Numbered from the stretch's first letter, positions 47,211 to 58,044 are shown. The stretch: 64,000 nt of DNA from Christensenellaceae bacterium (GCA_963674535.1 OY771363.1:177335-241334), one strand, 5' to 3'. The notes: generated by a model not told the origin, from the letters alone. Translations and numbers: made by a program.

Positions 47211-49935
47211 TTACTTCACCTTCCTTTTCATATTCGAGTCCGAAGAATGCATCGTAATGCAGTTTGTATCCTAAAAGAATTGCTGTGTCATTTTCATCGA
47301 AGGGCAGAATGAGGCTGCCCTTGAGCCAAGAGGATTTCTGCCAGAGCGGAAAATGCTCTGTATCGAAAAGCTCGATTTCGTCGATGAGTCTTTTTACAGC
47401 AGAGCCCCCGCATAAAACGGTTGGCAGACGCAGACAATCACGCGCAATGCGGCGAGCTGTATCATCATCCGGCACATCCCGCGTAAGGACAATGCTGGTA
47501 TCCGAAAACAGCGTCAGTGTATCACCGAACGCTCGCACGACATTGACCTCGATGGACTCATCTATATCACGTACTTTTGCGTCCGCAGCGGCGTCGCTCA
47601 GCCGTGTCATGTAGAGCAGGTCTTCGATGGTATCGCCTGCATTCGGGCGTCTTAGTAAGTACGCTCCGGCTTTGCTCTCTTTAACTTCGATTCGCTTCTT
47701 CCAACTCGCCTTCGCCTCTTCATACCCGAGAGGAAACTCCGCAAAGATACTGTCGTCATCACCGTATGTATTTTGAACGAGAGAGGAGATGTCAGAGGGA
47801 ATCGAGATGAACTCCGGCAATAAAACACTTGTCCGCATCAACAGGTAATCGCCATAAATCGCGGAAGAGCCTGATTCAAATTTTTCGCAGTCAGCACCCA
47901 TCACATAGCAGCATGCCTCCACTGTCGCCGTGGGGCGAACCCGTGTGTGCCGGTGCAGACGTCCGATCCGCTGCAGCAATAGATCCATGGGGCACAGATC
48001 CGTAATTAATACATCGACATCAATATCGAGGGATTGCTCAAGTATCTGAGTTCCTACGACAATCCGCAGTTCAGGGCGCTGTGTATTGGGCCCGATGTTA
48101 CCAAGTTCATGGATAAGACCTCGCTCCCTCGTGAGCCTGTCCGAGGAAATCAGCCGTGAATGAATCAATCTAACGCGATCCCCGAATCGTTCGCGCAACA
48201 TACCAGCTATGCTTTGCGCTCTTCTGACGGTATTGACGACAACGCCGACACAGCCACCATCTACGAGCAGCTTTTCGAGCAGGTCTGCGATAAAACCTTC
48301 CGCTATGGGATGAACATAAATACGTTTCGTTTCCGAATCGCTACGAACGGAAAACTGCGCTATTTTTCCTTCGTCCGTGCAGGTGATCAGCGGATAGCCA
48401 GAAACGGTGCTCTTATAAAGACTTTGTTGTTTGGCATGATTATACGCGTTAAGCATCGCGTCTCGCTTTTGAGAAGGAAGCGTAGCGGAGAGCATCACGA
48501 CCGGCACGTTATATGCGCCCAACCAAAGAAGCGTACGCTCCAAGTACTTGTTCATATAGGCATCGAAGGCGTGACACTCGTCAATGATTACAACCTTATT
48601 TGCAAGTCCCACATGGCGTAACATCAGGTGTTTTTGTACGAGAGCCGCTTGAAGGAGCTGATCGATGGTGCCGACTGCAAAATCTGCAAGGATTGAACGC
48701 TTGCGCCCTGTGAACCAGCCCGAAACTGACGCGGCCCAAAAATCGGATTGTCCTTCGTCATCCTCGTCCCAGATCCCATCCTCCGAACCATCGAGCTGGT
48801 GCAGTGCCTGAAACGTGTCGTTGAATTGGGCTTTTCCGTGAATTAACTCGATGGTATGGCTGCCGTCTCCGAGCTGGTCGATCCATTGGAGCATCCGCGG
48901 GAACAAGCCGTCGGAAGTGACTTGTGTGGGCAGAGCAAAAAAGACGCCGTCACGATTGGTTTTATAGGCAAGTATCTCGGCCACTGCCAGAGCGGCTTCC
49001 GTTTTTCCGATACCCATCGGTGCTTCCAGTATCAGCATTCCCGGGGATATTGCGTCTGATACAACTTGGATGGTAGCCGCCTGCACGGCATTTCGACGGA
49101 AAGCAAACCGTGTTTCAAAGAAATCTCCGTCCATCCAGATTGTGTTCGGACTCCAGCGTGATCTTAGGAATGAGGCCGCTCGAAAGGCCATATCGGAGCG
49201 AAGACGACTTACGTCCGAGGAGATTTGTTCGTCAATTTCGATCAAGGGGAAATACTTCTCGTTGCTCGCGATCCAATCTGCAATGATCACCAATCCCGTC
49301 AGAAGCATCTGCGCAGATATATCCGGCAATGGCAACACGCTGAAATCCGAAATCCCAGCTATTCGCTTGGCAAATTCCACAACCTTCATTTGAGTTGCAG
49401 TCCACTGCGAAAAACCCTTATGCTCCATATGAAAATTGTCAGGCTGTGATTCTATGGCATTATCCGTAAGGTCCCCAGAAGAAGGTGTTTTTCCATGATG
49501 TGAGCCGATGATTACCGCGATGCTTTCGGGCAGTCCTGCTCGCTCCAAAATCAGTTGGCCAGCCAGAGCATGCGGCGTTGCACTGGGATTGATAAAGTCA
49601 TCATATCGCTTTATTGGCAATCCGCAAAAGTGAAGGCCTTCAAGAATCCATTCGTTGAGATCCCATGAATTGCCATAGCCAGCTTGTGCCTGAAACAGTG
49701 GTGTTGCCTTCCCTGTATCGTGTGCCGCAGCTGCGAACAGGAATAGCTTCTTTGCCTCGTTGATACTGCAGCGGCAGTGCAAAGCTATGCACTCCTTTAC
49801 GCCCTCTGATACCCATTTTTCCCAGATGTGAGCAGCGATACCCGCACAGTCCTGAAGATGCATTGTCAGCGGCAACCACCGAAGGTCGTTGTTACGGGAC
49901 TTCTTGGCCCATAGGGTATGTAGAGCATCTGTCAT
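47203..49935 (-). CDS. cas3: Cas3 HD nuclease-helicase
   Basis: HD region (...AAAAHDTGKATPLFQ..., GSHHGK), then SF2 helicase motifs (EAPMGIGKTEAAL, DECHAFD, SATLP). Confidence 0.95.
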   Translation of the reverse strand: MTDALHTLWAKKSRNNDLRWLPLTMHLQDCAGIAAHIWEKWVSEGVKECIALHCRCSINEAKKLFLFAAAAHDTGKATPLFQAQAGYGNSWDLNEWILEGLHFCGLPIKRYDDFINPSATPHALAGQLILERAGLPESIAVIIGSHHGKTPSSGDLTDNAIESQPDNFHMEHKGFSQWTATQMKVVEFAKRIAGISDFSVLPLPDISAQMLLTGLVIIADWIASNEKYFPLIEIDEQISSDVSRLRSDMAFRAASFLRSRWSPNTIWMDGDFFETRFAFRRNAVQAATIQVVSDAISPGMLILEAPMGIGKTEAALAVAEILAYKTNRDGVFFALPTQVTSDGLFPRMLQWIDQLGDGSHTIELIHGKAQFNDTFQALHQLDGSEDGIWDEDDEGQSDFWAASVSGWFTGRKRSILADFAVGTIDQLLQAALVQKHLMLRHVGLANKVVIIDECHAFDAYMNKYLERTLLWLGAYNVPVVMLSATLPSQKRDAMLNAYNHAKQQSLYKSTVSGYPLITCTDEGKIAQFSVRSDSETKRIYVHPIAEGFIADLLEKLLVDGGCVGVVVNTVRRAQSIAGMLRERFGDRVRLIHSRLISSDRLTRERGLIHELGNIGPNTQRPELRIVVGTQILEQSLDIDVDVLITDLCPMDLLLQRIGRLHRHTRVRPTATVEACCYVMGADCEKFESGSSAIYGDYLLMRTSVLLPEFISIPSDISSLVQNTYGDDDSIFAEFPLGYEEAKASWKKRIEVKESKAGAYLLRRPNAGDTIEDLLYMTRLSDAAADAKVRDIDESIEVNVVRAFGDTLTLFSDTSIVLTRDVPDDDTARRIARDCLRLPTVLCGGSAVKRLIDEIELFDTEHFPLWQKSSWLKGSLILPFDENDTAILLGYKLHYDAFFGLEYEKEGEVNG

Positions 49936-50140
49936 ATTTGATTCTCCAAGAATACAAGCCCATTCTGTCTGAACATTTTGCTTTTTTTGCTCACGATCGG
50001 TTGAGCCTCTTCTAAATAAATTTGTACTCGCGAAAAGTTTATATCGGATTATCTATGCGGCTCATGTTATTAGAAATAGAAGCGCTTACACGGGCCTATT
50101 TGGGCATGAAGGCGACGCCTCTCACATACTTAAGACTATG

Positions 50141-50341
50141 CTAAAGTGTCATATTATCATCTACGAAATCCGTATCAGGTGCCTCTTCTGGGAAGTCATC
50201 CTCAGTAGGTTCCATGTCTGCAGCATCACATTCGGGGATGCTGCTTGGGGCGGAAGCGTCATCAGAAATTCGTTTATATGCTTCCATATACTGAACGTAT
50301 CCTTCCAACCCCGAACCGAAGTAACCGAAATCGTCTTTCAT
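50141..50341 (-). CDS. Very acidic 66-aa protein of unknown function
   Basis: GGAGG lies 8 nt upstream of ATG 50341. MKDDFGYFGSGLEGYVQYMEAYKRISDDASAPSSIPECDAADMEPTEDDFPEEAPDTDFVDDNMTL; the C-terminal half is about 45 percent D/E. Same strand as the WYL gene and cas3. Confidence 0.55.
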   Translation of the reverse strand: MKDDFGYFGSGLEGYVQYMEAYKRISDDASAPSSIPECDAADMEPTEDDFPEEAPDTDFVDDNMTL

Positions 50342-50410
50342 GAACAAACCTCCAAATATCGTAATACGAACCATACGTCAAAAGTATCGAATGCTCAATG
50401 GTTGGCAATA

Positions 50411-51409
50411 CTATTTGTGTTTCCTATAGATTCCCAAAACCTCCTGCACACGCGTCTTTATCTCGTCAGCGACGAAATCGGGAGAGAGTATCTTCATGCT
50501 CTTTCCGAACTGGAAACACCACCCGAAAAACACGGGGCTGATCATTACTTCTACCTTGGCGGTAAATAGTCCGCGCTTACTAGCGGTAATTTTGACCCGT
50601 TCACCAAACTTATCTTGTACCGCATGGATCAGCTTCCCGTCAAACTGCAGTTCAACCGTTTCTTTCGGTCCGTTGAACATCTTAAAAACACACTCGGTAT
50701 AGGAGCCAAGCTCGCCGGATAATACAATCGCCTGTTCGGCAACCGGCTCGTTTTCCGCTCGCACATCCGCCATGCGGTCGACACGGTAGTTAACGGTCGT
50801 TTCATGCGTTTCATGATAGGTGACCAGGTAGTAATTATCTTCGTGATAAACAAGGCCAACAGGATTGACGATGTAGCGCTCTCCACTTTTCCGGAAGATA
50901 CGATCTCCATTCTCATCCAGATCGAAGTATTGAAAGGATGCTTTCTGCTTCTGCTCCAGCGCACGCTCCAAAGCATCAACCGTGTAATAGATCGCTTCGT
51001 TTGTGTGCTTGCGCGTGTTGAAGGTGACCATGTTTCCTTTGAGTGCAGCCGCCATATGACTTCCAGCTAGGTATGCAATTTTGCCGCTCAGTGTTTTTGT
51101 TTTCGAGGGCGTAATAAAACTGGCAGCTTGAATTGCATCGATCAGAATCTTGATCTCCGCAATATCGAACTGCCGATCGACGATATAATATTGTTTGGCA
51201 TATCTTGTACGGTAATGGAGTACTTCAAAGCCATTGGCGTTTAGTACTTCGATGTCTTCGGATAAAGTACGGCGATCACATACGATGCCTTCCGCTTGAA
51301 GCATGGCGCAAAGTTGCTTTGTCGACAAGGGTGTATCTTCGTCCGTATGCTGGCGAAGGATTTCATAAAGCTTTAGTAATTTAATCTTTTGCGGGCAGAT
51401 TGTGTTCAT
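50411..51409 (-). CDS. HTH + WYL-domain transcriptional regulator (BrxR/CapW/PafBC-like architecture)
   Basis: N-terminal winged HTH (KLLKLYEILRQHTDEDTPLSTKQLCAML...). Central WYL-like block (YIVNPVGLVYHEDNYYLVTYHE...VNYRVDRM) and a C-terminal extension. Start chosen at MNTICPQ. Confidence 0.8.
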   Translation of the reverse strand: MNTICPQKIKLLKLYEILRQHTDEDTPLSTKQLCAMLQAEGIVCDRRTLSEDIEVLNANGFEVLHYRTRYAKQYYIVDRQFDIAEIKILIDAIQAASFITPSKTKTLSGKIAYLAGSHMAAALKGNMVTFNTRKHTNEAIYYTVDALERALEQKQKASFQYFDLDENGDRIFRKSGERYIVNPVGLVYHEDNYYLVTYHETHETTVNYRVDRMADVRAENEPVAEQAIVLSGELGSYTECVFKMFNGPKETVELQFDGKLIHAVQDKFGERVKITASKRGLFTAKVEVMISPVFFGWCFQFGKSMKILSPDFVADEIKTRVQEVLGIYRKHK

Positions 51410-52533
51410 AATCGCTCCGAACTGTTTACTGACTATTATATCAAACAGATTCAAGGAATACAACTTTAAGCTGTCAATTTTTAAAGACATCTTCATTAGA
51501 TTGGGGAAGCGTGATATTACAGCTGTAAATCTCCGTCTGACAGGAGAAAGAACAATTCGATTTGCGTTGAAACTTACCTGGTATGCCGAAACTCAGGCGA
51601 ACAAAGCTGTAATGCGATATAAATTAGTTATCATTAACGATACCAAGTCAGATATATCCCCCCCGGTCAGGGCGAACGCGGACGCAGGCTTAACGACCAG
51701 GGGCCTTAGCCTCTTCCAAGTGCGCGCGGGAAAAAAGGGAGGGGGGCGCAAATACTCGGCGAAATGACGCTTCCGAACACGATTCAGAAAACCTGAGAAA
51801 CCCGCATAAATAGGGCGTTTATTGAAGCTATGAAGTAAAAACATTGGTCGGAAAAATCAGGGGTTTTTGCGGGGTCGCGACGTTTTTTCGAAGCTAAAAA
51901 TATCGAGAAAATTGATCGATTTTTCCGCTTCACATTCAACCATATTGAGCCATATGAAAACCATAACGAGCCACACGGCAGCAGTGTGGCTTTTTATTGT
52001 TTTTCCCATCGGAGTAAAAGTTGAATAATTGAGAAAATCTCATTGTTTTTCGAGCCATAATTAGCCATAGTATACCGCAAGAAAACCATAGTGAGCCTCT
52101 TAAGACTGAGTGGCTCGCCATGGCTTTTCTGGTTTCCAAAATACGAATATGATTAACTTTTCAATTCGCTTTTCAGGTCGGATCATACTTGCACGAAAAA
52201 CCAAGAGTCACACCGGAAAATTCACGTCAATACCAGGCGTTTAGGCCCAAGTGAAGACAATCCCTCACGCAGCATTATTGAATGGTATTTAAAAAATTTT
52301 TCAAATAGTGACCTTATGTTGCATTGCGCTGAATCGCTGTGCGAATTTCTGCTTATCATATTTTAGGCTATAGGCTCCAAAACATGTCCGCTTTTGTCCT
52401 CTTTTTCGTTGTGGAATGTGTAGACGCGAACATGTGTTTGTAATAACATATCAATATGGAACACAACAACAACCGTTCTGTAGTTGAATGATCTCACGCA
52501 GACAAAGGAACGTGAGCAAAAGGAGGACTGTAT

Positions 52534-52713
52534 TTGAAGAACGAATGGATTCGCGAAATGGCGAAATTGAAAGGAGTTCTGCTGTGGCAAATCGCAGACA
52601 GACTGGGAATCACGGACGGGAACTTCTCTCGCAGACTGCGCCATGAGATGACACAGGAAGAACAGGAAAGGATCAGGGTGATTATCGACGAACTGGCGGA
52701 AGAACAAGAATGA
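52534..52713 (+). CDS. Small HTH DNA-binding protein (copy B)
   Basis: Identical to 15323-15502. Confidence 0.55.
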   Translation: MKNEWIREMAKLKGVLLWQIADRLGITDGNFSRRLRHEMTQEEQERIRVIIDELAEEQE

Positions 52714-52770
52714 TAGAGTGGCGTCTGCAACATGACTTGATACAGTGCAGGGGTGATCGGGTGAAAAAGT

Positions 52771-53454
52771 ATGGACTATTCTTTTAACGTTGAAATGGCC
52801 GTTAAGTATGGCGTTGAAGAAGCAGTATTACTCCAGCATCTGTATTTCTGGATCCAAAAGAATGCTGCAAACCAGAAGCACTTTCATGACGGATATTTCT
52901 GGACCTACAACAGCGCGCAGGCGTTCACTGTAATTTTCCCGTTCTGGAGCAGACAGAAGATCGATCGGATGATCCAGTCACTGCGCGAGCAAGGTGCGAT
53001 TCTAATAGGCAACTATAACGATGCCGGACGAGACAGAACCCGTTGGTTTGCATTGTCCGAAATCGTATGCGCCATTGCTGAAAATCGAGCAATGCATTGC
53101 TCAGAATTGAGCAACCCATTGCTCAAAAGTGAGCAACCATTACCAGATAATAAACCAGATAGAAATACAGATAAGAGTGTACGCGCACAATGTCTTACAA
53201 GAGGCGAATACGGATACGTTAAACTCACAGACGAAGAATATCAGCGTCTGGTAAATGATTTGGGGAAGAGGGAGGTCGAGCGGGCGATCGCCTATCTCGA
53301 CGAAAGCGCGGCCATGACCGGAAACAAGAACAGGTGGAAGAACTGGAACCTGGTGATACGGAAAGCGGCACGAGAGAAATGGGGGAAGCGCGAAAGCCCA
53401 CCGCGGGAGGGTCGCTTGATCGAGCTTGACGAGGAAGGAAGGTTGGTCACGTGA
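52771..53454 (+). CDS. Putative replication initiator / replisome-organizer-like protein (copy B)
   Basis: The 227-aa translation is identical to 15560-16243. Confidence 0.55.
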   Translation: MDYSFNVEMAVKYGVEEAVLLQHLYFWIQKNAANQKHFHDGYFWTYNSAQAFTVIFPFWSRQKIDRMIQSLREQGAILIGNYNDAGRDRTRWFALSEIVCAIAENRAMHCSELSNPLLKSEQPLPDNKPDRNTDKSVRAQCLTRGEYGYVKLTDEEYQRLVNDLGKREVERAIAYLDESAAMTGNKNRWKNWNLVIRKAAREKWGKRESPPREGRLIELDEEGRLVT

Positions 53455-54683
53455 ACTATGAAGATTCCATCCTCGGAGCCGCAATCATTGAACCGTCTGT
53501 TGTTCCGCTGATCTGTGGAGAGCTGTCCTCCGAGGATTTCACGACTGCACAGACCCGGAATACTTTCGTTGCGATTCAATCCTTGTGGGAATCCGGCTTG
53601 CCGATCGATCTTGTGACGCTGACGTCTGAGCTGGAGCGGAGGGGTATCCTGTCGCAGGTTGGCGGAACAACATACCTCGCGGACATTGTATTGTATACCC
53701 CGACGGCAGCGAATACGAAAGCGTATATTGATCTCATGCACGAGGCGCGGAAGCGCAGAGTCTTCACGGCCGGTATGAAACGGGCGATCACGGGTGCAGA
53801 GAACGGGGACGACAGCTTTCTGGAGGAAGCAAGATCAACGCTAGATACGGTCAGTACGATCGGAGCGACAGAAATCCGAATGCTGAGCGACCTGCTGCCG
53901 GAAGTCGTGAATCGACTTGGGGATACCACGCGAGGCAAACATACAGGGTATGCTGGGCTAGATGCGGTGACGGGCGGACTGCGAGAAGGGCATTTGGTGA
54001 TCATTGCAGCTCGACCGGGGGTTGGGAAAACGTCGTTCGCCTGCAATCTAGCCGCAAACATGTGCAGACAGGGAATGACATGCGCCTACTTTTCGATCGA
54101 AATGAGCGCAGTGGAGATTGCTGAGAGAATTAGCCTTTCGGAAGCGATGGTAGATAAGTACAAGGCACAAAAGGATCCGCCGTCAGCAAGACTCCTGATG
54201 GGTGCACAGGAAAAGGTATGGAACTGGAAACTGTATATTGACGATCGGGGCAGTCTGTCCGTTGGACAAGTCGTCTCCAACGCGTACAAGTACAAACAGC
54301 GCTCCGGATCGCTGGACTGCATCTTTATCGATTACCTGCAGCTTATGCGTCTGCCGGGCGGTAAGAACGACAGCAAGAACGAGCGGATCGGTGAAGCGAC
54401 GCGCGGACTGAAAATCCTCGCAAAAGAAATCAAGTGCCCGGTGGTTGCGCTCGCCCAGTTGAATCGAAATGCAGACGGGCGACGCCCGACGATCGCTGAC
54501 ATTCGGGACAGCGGCAATATCGAGCAGGACGCTGATCTCATTCTGCTGCTCCACAGAGAAAACGATCAGCCGGAAGATGCAACGCTGATCATTGGGAAGA
54601 ACCGGCATGGGGCGACGAGAGATATTCCAATGATCTGGAAACACCAATGGACACGTTATCTGGAAACGAAGCTGGCAAAGTAA
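53451..54683 (+). CDS. dnaB: Replicative DNA helicase (DnaB family)
   Basis: 410 aa. N-terminal DnaB domain (SILGAAIIEPS...), Walker A ARPGVGKTSF, FIDYLQLM, and an arginine-finger region RDSGNIEQDADL. Confidence 0.9.
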   Translation: MNYEDSILGAAIIEPSVVPLICGELSSEDFTTAQTRNTFVAIQSLWESGLPIDLVTLTSELERRGILSQVGGTTYLADIVLYTPTAANTKAYIDLMHEARKRRVFTAGMKRAITGAENGDDSFLEEARSTLDTVSTIGATEIRMLSDLLPEVVNRLGDTTRGKHTGYAGLDAVTGGLREGHLVIIAARPGVGKTSFACNLAANMCRQGMTCAYFSIEMSAVEIAERISLSEAMVDKYKAQKDPPSARLLMGAQEKVWNWKLYIDDRGSLSVGQVVSNAYKYKQRSGSLDCIFIDYLQLMRLPGGKNDSKNERIGEATRGLKILAKEIKCPVVALAQLNRNADGRRPTIADIRDSGNIEQDADLILLLHRENDQPEDATLIIGKNRHGATRDIPMIWKHQWTRYLETKLAK

Positions 54684-54697
54684 AAGGAGAGGAACGA

Positions 54698-54982
54698 ATG
54701 GAAGAGATCAGGGAAACGGCATATGACTGGACGACGCGCGACAGCCGGGGTTACTTCTCGACGAATCAGAAAAGAGAGATCCGTAGAATGACCGGTTTTG
54801 CAGAAACGAGGCCGGACGAGGTGACCATACTAAAAGAGCCGGAAACGAACGGCGGTTATTTAGTAGCGCTTGTTCCGAAAGCGTGGTTCAGCATGAAACC
54901 GCCGCGGAAAAGAAAGCTGACAGACGAACAGCGGGTAATTATCTCAAAAAGGATGTCGGAAATGCGAATCAGGAATGCTTAG
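54698..54982 (+). CDS. Hypothetical 94-aa protein
   Basis: AGGAGAGG RBS. MEEIRETAYDWTTRDSRGYFSTNQKREIRR... No family recognised. Confidence 0.45.
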   Translation: MEEIRETAYDWTTRDSRGYFSTNQKREIRRMTGFAETRPDEVTILKEPETNGGYLVALVPKAWFSMKPPRKRKLTDEQRVIISKRMSEMRIRNA

Positions 54983-55159
54983 GGGAAATATTCACGATAC
55001 GCACCGAACGCGCGAAATCGACGCAATTTTCACGTGAATAACAATGGTTTTCAACCAAGAAAACGACAGCCGCCGGGCTGGGAATGATAGTATAGGGAAT
55101 TTGCATTTAATTTTGAAATCAGATGCGGCGGAACAGATGGGCAAAGAAAGGAAAATGAA

Positions 55160-55387
55160 ATGCTGGAAGACAATGGAACCGTACTCCGCGTACCGCGCAT
55201 GCGTACGCTCTCCGAAGTGTATGCGTACATCAAAGCGGCAGATCCGGATACGGCGATCTCAGCCAACTATTTACGCTGCTTAATCATATCCGGAAGGATA
55301 CCGCGCGTGAAGTGCGGTAAGAAGTATCTGATCGATATCGATCTGCTGCAGGACTATCTGTCAAAGTGCATGCAGGGAAGCGATTAA
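55160..55387 (+). CDS. xis: Excisionase / HTH_17-type DNA-binding protein
   Basis: 75 aa. ...MRTLSEVYAYIKAADPDTAISANYLRCLIISGRIPRVKCGKKYLIDIDLL..., directly upstream of the integrase. Confidence 0.7.
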   Translation: MLEDNGTVLRVPRMRTLSEVYAYIKAADPDTAISANYLRCLIISGRIPRVKCGKKYLIDIDLLQDYLSKCMQGSD

Positions 55388-55476
55388 TGTTCCGATAAAC
55401 ATCTGAAATCGGACTTGATTGTCGGTTCGATAAGAGCGAACATGCTGAATGACGTAAGAAGGGAGGATGCAAAAAC

Positions 55477-56850
55477 GTGGCCACAATACTGGAGCGAAAC
55501 GGTGGTTACCTGATCATGGTCAGCGAAGGGTATGGCCTGGATGGGCGGCAGAAACGAAAGCTCATGACATGGAGACCGGAGCCGGGCATGACGAAACGGC
55601 AAATCAAAGAAGAACTCACGCTGCAAGCAGCCCTGTTCGAGCGCAGAGTACGATCCGGCCAGGTGCTGGACGGGCATGTGACGTTCGCGGAATTCGTAGA
55701 GCGCTGGAGACGGGATTACGCGGAATTGAACCTTGCCCCGAAAACGCTGGTTCGTTACGGCGAACTGCTGAAGCGCATCCTCCCTGCAATCGGACACATT
55801 CGATTGGACAAGCTGCAGCCGCACCACCTCATGGCCTTTTACGCCGGTCTGCAGAACGCGGAGAATCAAAGCGGGGCGTCTTTCAAAGCGACGCCTCGCT
55901 TGCTATCCGTGTTTGAGCAATCGGGAATGACACGCCAAGCCCTGGCAGACGAAGTTGAGTGCCATGTGAATACGATCTACCGTCTGATCCGTGGCCAGGG
56001 GGTCGACATCCGCATTGCGCAGGAGGCATGCGATATTCTCGGGGTTCCATTTGCCGAGGGAGCAGAATCGACGAAACCCGTGCACCAGTTGGCGGGAAAG
56101 ACGATCAACCACCATCACCGGCTAATCTCGTCGATCCTGAATCAAGCGGTATTCTGGCAGGTGATCACGGACAACCCTTCACACCGGGTGAAGCCACCCA
56201 AGGTCGAGCGAAAAGAGGCAAAATACCTTGATGAAGAGCAGACCGCGACTCTTCTGCACTTATTGGAAAGCGAACCATACCAGAATCAGGTGATGATCCG
56301 GCTGTTCCTGCTCAGCGGGGTACGGCGCGGGGAGCTTTGCGGGCTGGAGTGGAAGGACATCGACTTCAAAAACAACATGATAACAATCTGCCGAACGTCA
56401 CAATACCTGCCGGAGAAAGGCATCTTTACGAAAGGCACGAAAACGGATTCTTCCGTACGTACGATCAGGCTGCCGGAGCAGACGTTTGAGATGTTGAAAG
56501 AGTTTCGTAAATGGCAGAGAAAAAGGCGTGTCGCTGTAGGCGACCGCTGGGTTGACTGTGATCGACTTTTCACGCAAGATGATGGCTCACCGATTCATCC
56601 CGACAGTATATCGGGTTGGTTTCACGATTTCATATCGCGGACCGACCTGCCACAGATCTCGATCCACTCCCTGCGGCACACGAATATCACGCTACTGCTT
56701 GCGGCGGGGATTCCGTTGAAGACGGTGAGCTATAGGGCGGGGCATGCGCAGACCTCGACGACCGCGAACATCTACTCGCATGCGATCCGATCGGTGGATG
56801 AAAAGGCGGCGGAGACGTTAGGAGTTTTTATAAGTCGAAATATCAGATGA
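55477..56850 (+). CDS. int: Tyrosine recombinase/integrase (copy B)
   Basis: Identical to the copy-A integrase through ...ANIYSHAIR, then a different C-terminal tail (SVDEKAAETLGVFISRNIR versus TADEKAAEVLENIVY). Confidence 0.9.
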   Translation: MATILERNGGYLIMVSEGYGLDGRQKRKLMTWRPEPGMTKRQIKEELTLQAALFERRVRSGQVLDGHVTFAEFVERWRRDYAELNLAPKTLVRYGELLKRILPAIGHIRLDKLQPHHLMAFYAGLQNAENQSGASFKATPRLLSVFEQSGMTRQALADEVECHVNTIYRLIRGQGVDIRIAQEACDILGVPFAEGAESTKPVHQLAGKTINHHHRLISSILNQAVFWQVITDNPSHRVKPPKVERKEAKYLDEEQTATLLHLLESEPYQNQVMIRLFLLSGVRRGELCGLEWKDIDFKNNMITICRTSQYLPEKGIFTKGTKTDSSVRTIRLPEQTFEMLKEFRKWQRKRRVAVGDRWVDCDRLFTQDDGSPIHPDSISGWFHDFISRTDLPQISIHSLRHTNITLLLAAGIPLKTVSYRAGHAQTSTTANIYSHAIRSVDEKAAETLGVFISRNIR

Positions 56851-57029
56851 ACATATAATATTGTTTGTGTTGAATATAAAAGTGGAATCAGGGTATAATT
56901 AGTTAATAACACATCGAATTTTCAACCAATCGAAATCACTAACGGGAATCTGCTTGTTTCATTATACGATTGAATTGTTCATGAGGGATAACTGCTGAAA
57001 AGATCTTCCTTGCACTTTTCGTTACGGGG

Positions 57030-57959
57030 TTGTTATTTGGACATTTCAAAAAAAAGTGGCTACAGCTTAAGATTCAAGCAAATCATTTCATGGAGCATAT
57101 GATACAGACAAATCGAAATGGAGCCCATATGATTGTTGAAGTACAGAATATAGTAAAAACAGCTAAAAATCTATATGGGATAGAGCTCTCACAGTATGAT
57201 GATGCTTTTTTGAGGCAAACGATTGAGCGCAGATTTGAAGTTGTTGGGGTTAAAGATTTACAGGGATATATTGCGTACTTGTCCAACAGTGAAACAGAAG
57301 CTCGAACTCTCGCTCGGTCTTTGAATATTACGTATACTGAATTTTTCAGAAACGCGCTTACATTTGCACATTTGGAGCAATGGCTCCTTCCAAATCTTAT
57401 TAATAAAAAGCCTCCGGGCAGTGAACTTCGAGTTTGGTCGGCTGGATGTTCAACAGGCCAGGAAGCATATTCAATCGCGATGATGCTGGAAAATGAGTTG
57501 GAAAAGGGACGTAAAGCATTCCGTTATCGCATTATCGCAACTGAAATTTCAGAATCGGCATTGGAATTGGCAAATAAAGGAGAATTCAGAGCAGAAGACG
57601 TTCAAAACATTCGAGTAAGAGACTTAAACTTGTTTTTCGAGAGAACAGGAGAAACCTACAGAGTCTGCGAACGCTTGAAAGAGCATGTAAGCTTTTCACG
57701 ATATGATCTGCTGGACTCACAATCTGCTCATCCGCAAGAGAGTATATTCGGAAATTTTGATCTTGTTATTTGCAGCAACGTGCTTTTTTATTATAAACCC
57801 AAATGTCAGAGCTTCATCTTGAAAAAACTTGTAAACTCGCTAGTCGGAAATGGATATTTAATAACCGGTGAAGTTGAGCGGCAAAACCTTCTGAAAAATA
57901 GTATTCTTCGAGCTATTGTACCACCCTCGCCGATTTTTCAAAAAAAAGCGGAGGTTTGA
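57030..57959 (+). CDS. CheR-type SAM-dependent protein-glutamate methyltransferase
   Basis: TEFFRN, RVWSAGCSTGQEAYSIAM and CSNVLFYY motifs. Start is uncertain (several in-frame Met codons between 57030 and 57129). Confidence 0.85.
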   Translation: MLFGHFKKKWLQLKIQANHFMEHMIQTNRNGAHMIVEVQNIVKTAKNLYGIELSQYDDAFLRQTIERRFEVVGVKDLQGYIAYLSNSETEARTLARSLNITYTEFFRNALTFAHLEQWLLPNLINKKPPGSELRVWSAGCSTGQEAYSIAMMLENELEKGRKAFRYRIIATEISESALELANKGEFRAEDVQNIRVRDLNLFFERTGETYRVCERLKEHVSFSRYDLLDSQSAHPQESIFGNFDLVICSNVLFYYKPKCQSFILKKLVNSLVGNGYLITGEVERQNLLKNSILRAIVPPSPIFQKKAEV

Positions 57960-57960
57960 A

Positions 57961-58044
57961 ATGAAGAATCTTAGAATATCGAAGCAAATAAACATATGGC
58001 TGGCATTGATATTGCTTTTGATCGTGTTGCTTTCTGCAACCGCA
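57961..58044 (+). pseudogene. 5' fragment (28 codons, TM helix) of the hybrid histidine kinase gene split by an IS3 element
   Basis: GGAGG RBS. MKNLRISKQINIWLALILLLIVLLSATA, then the IS3 terminal repeat begins. Confidence 0.7.

Larger units (their letters stand above)
51657..56850 (+). mobile_element. Small integrative element, copy B (full length: HTH, replication organizer, DnaB helicase, orf94, Xis, Int)
   Basis: See copy A. The left boundary is where similarity to 14456 begins (CCCCGGTCA...). The right boundary lies within or just after the integrase 3' end. Confidence 0.75.
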
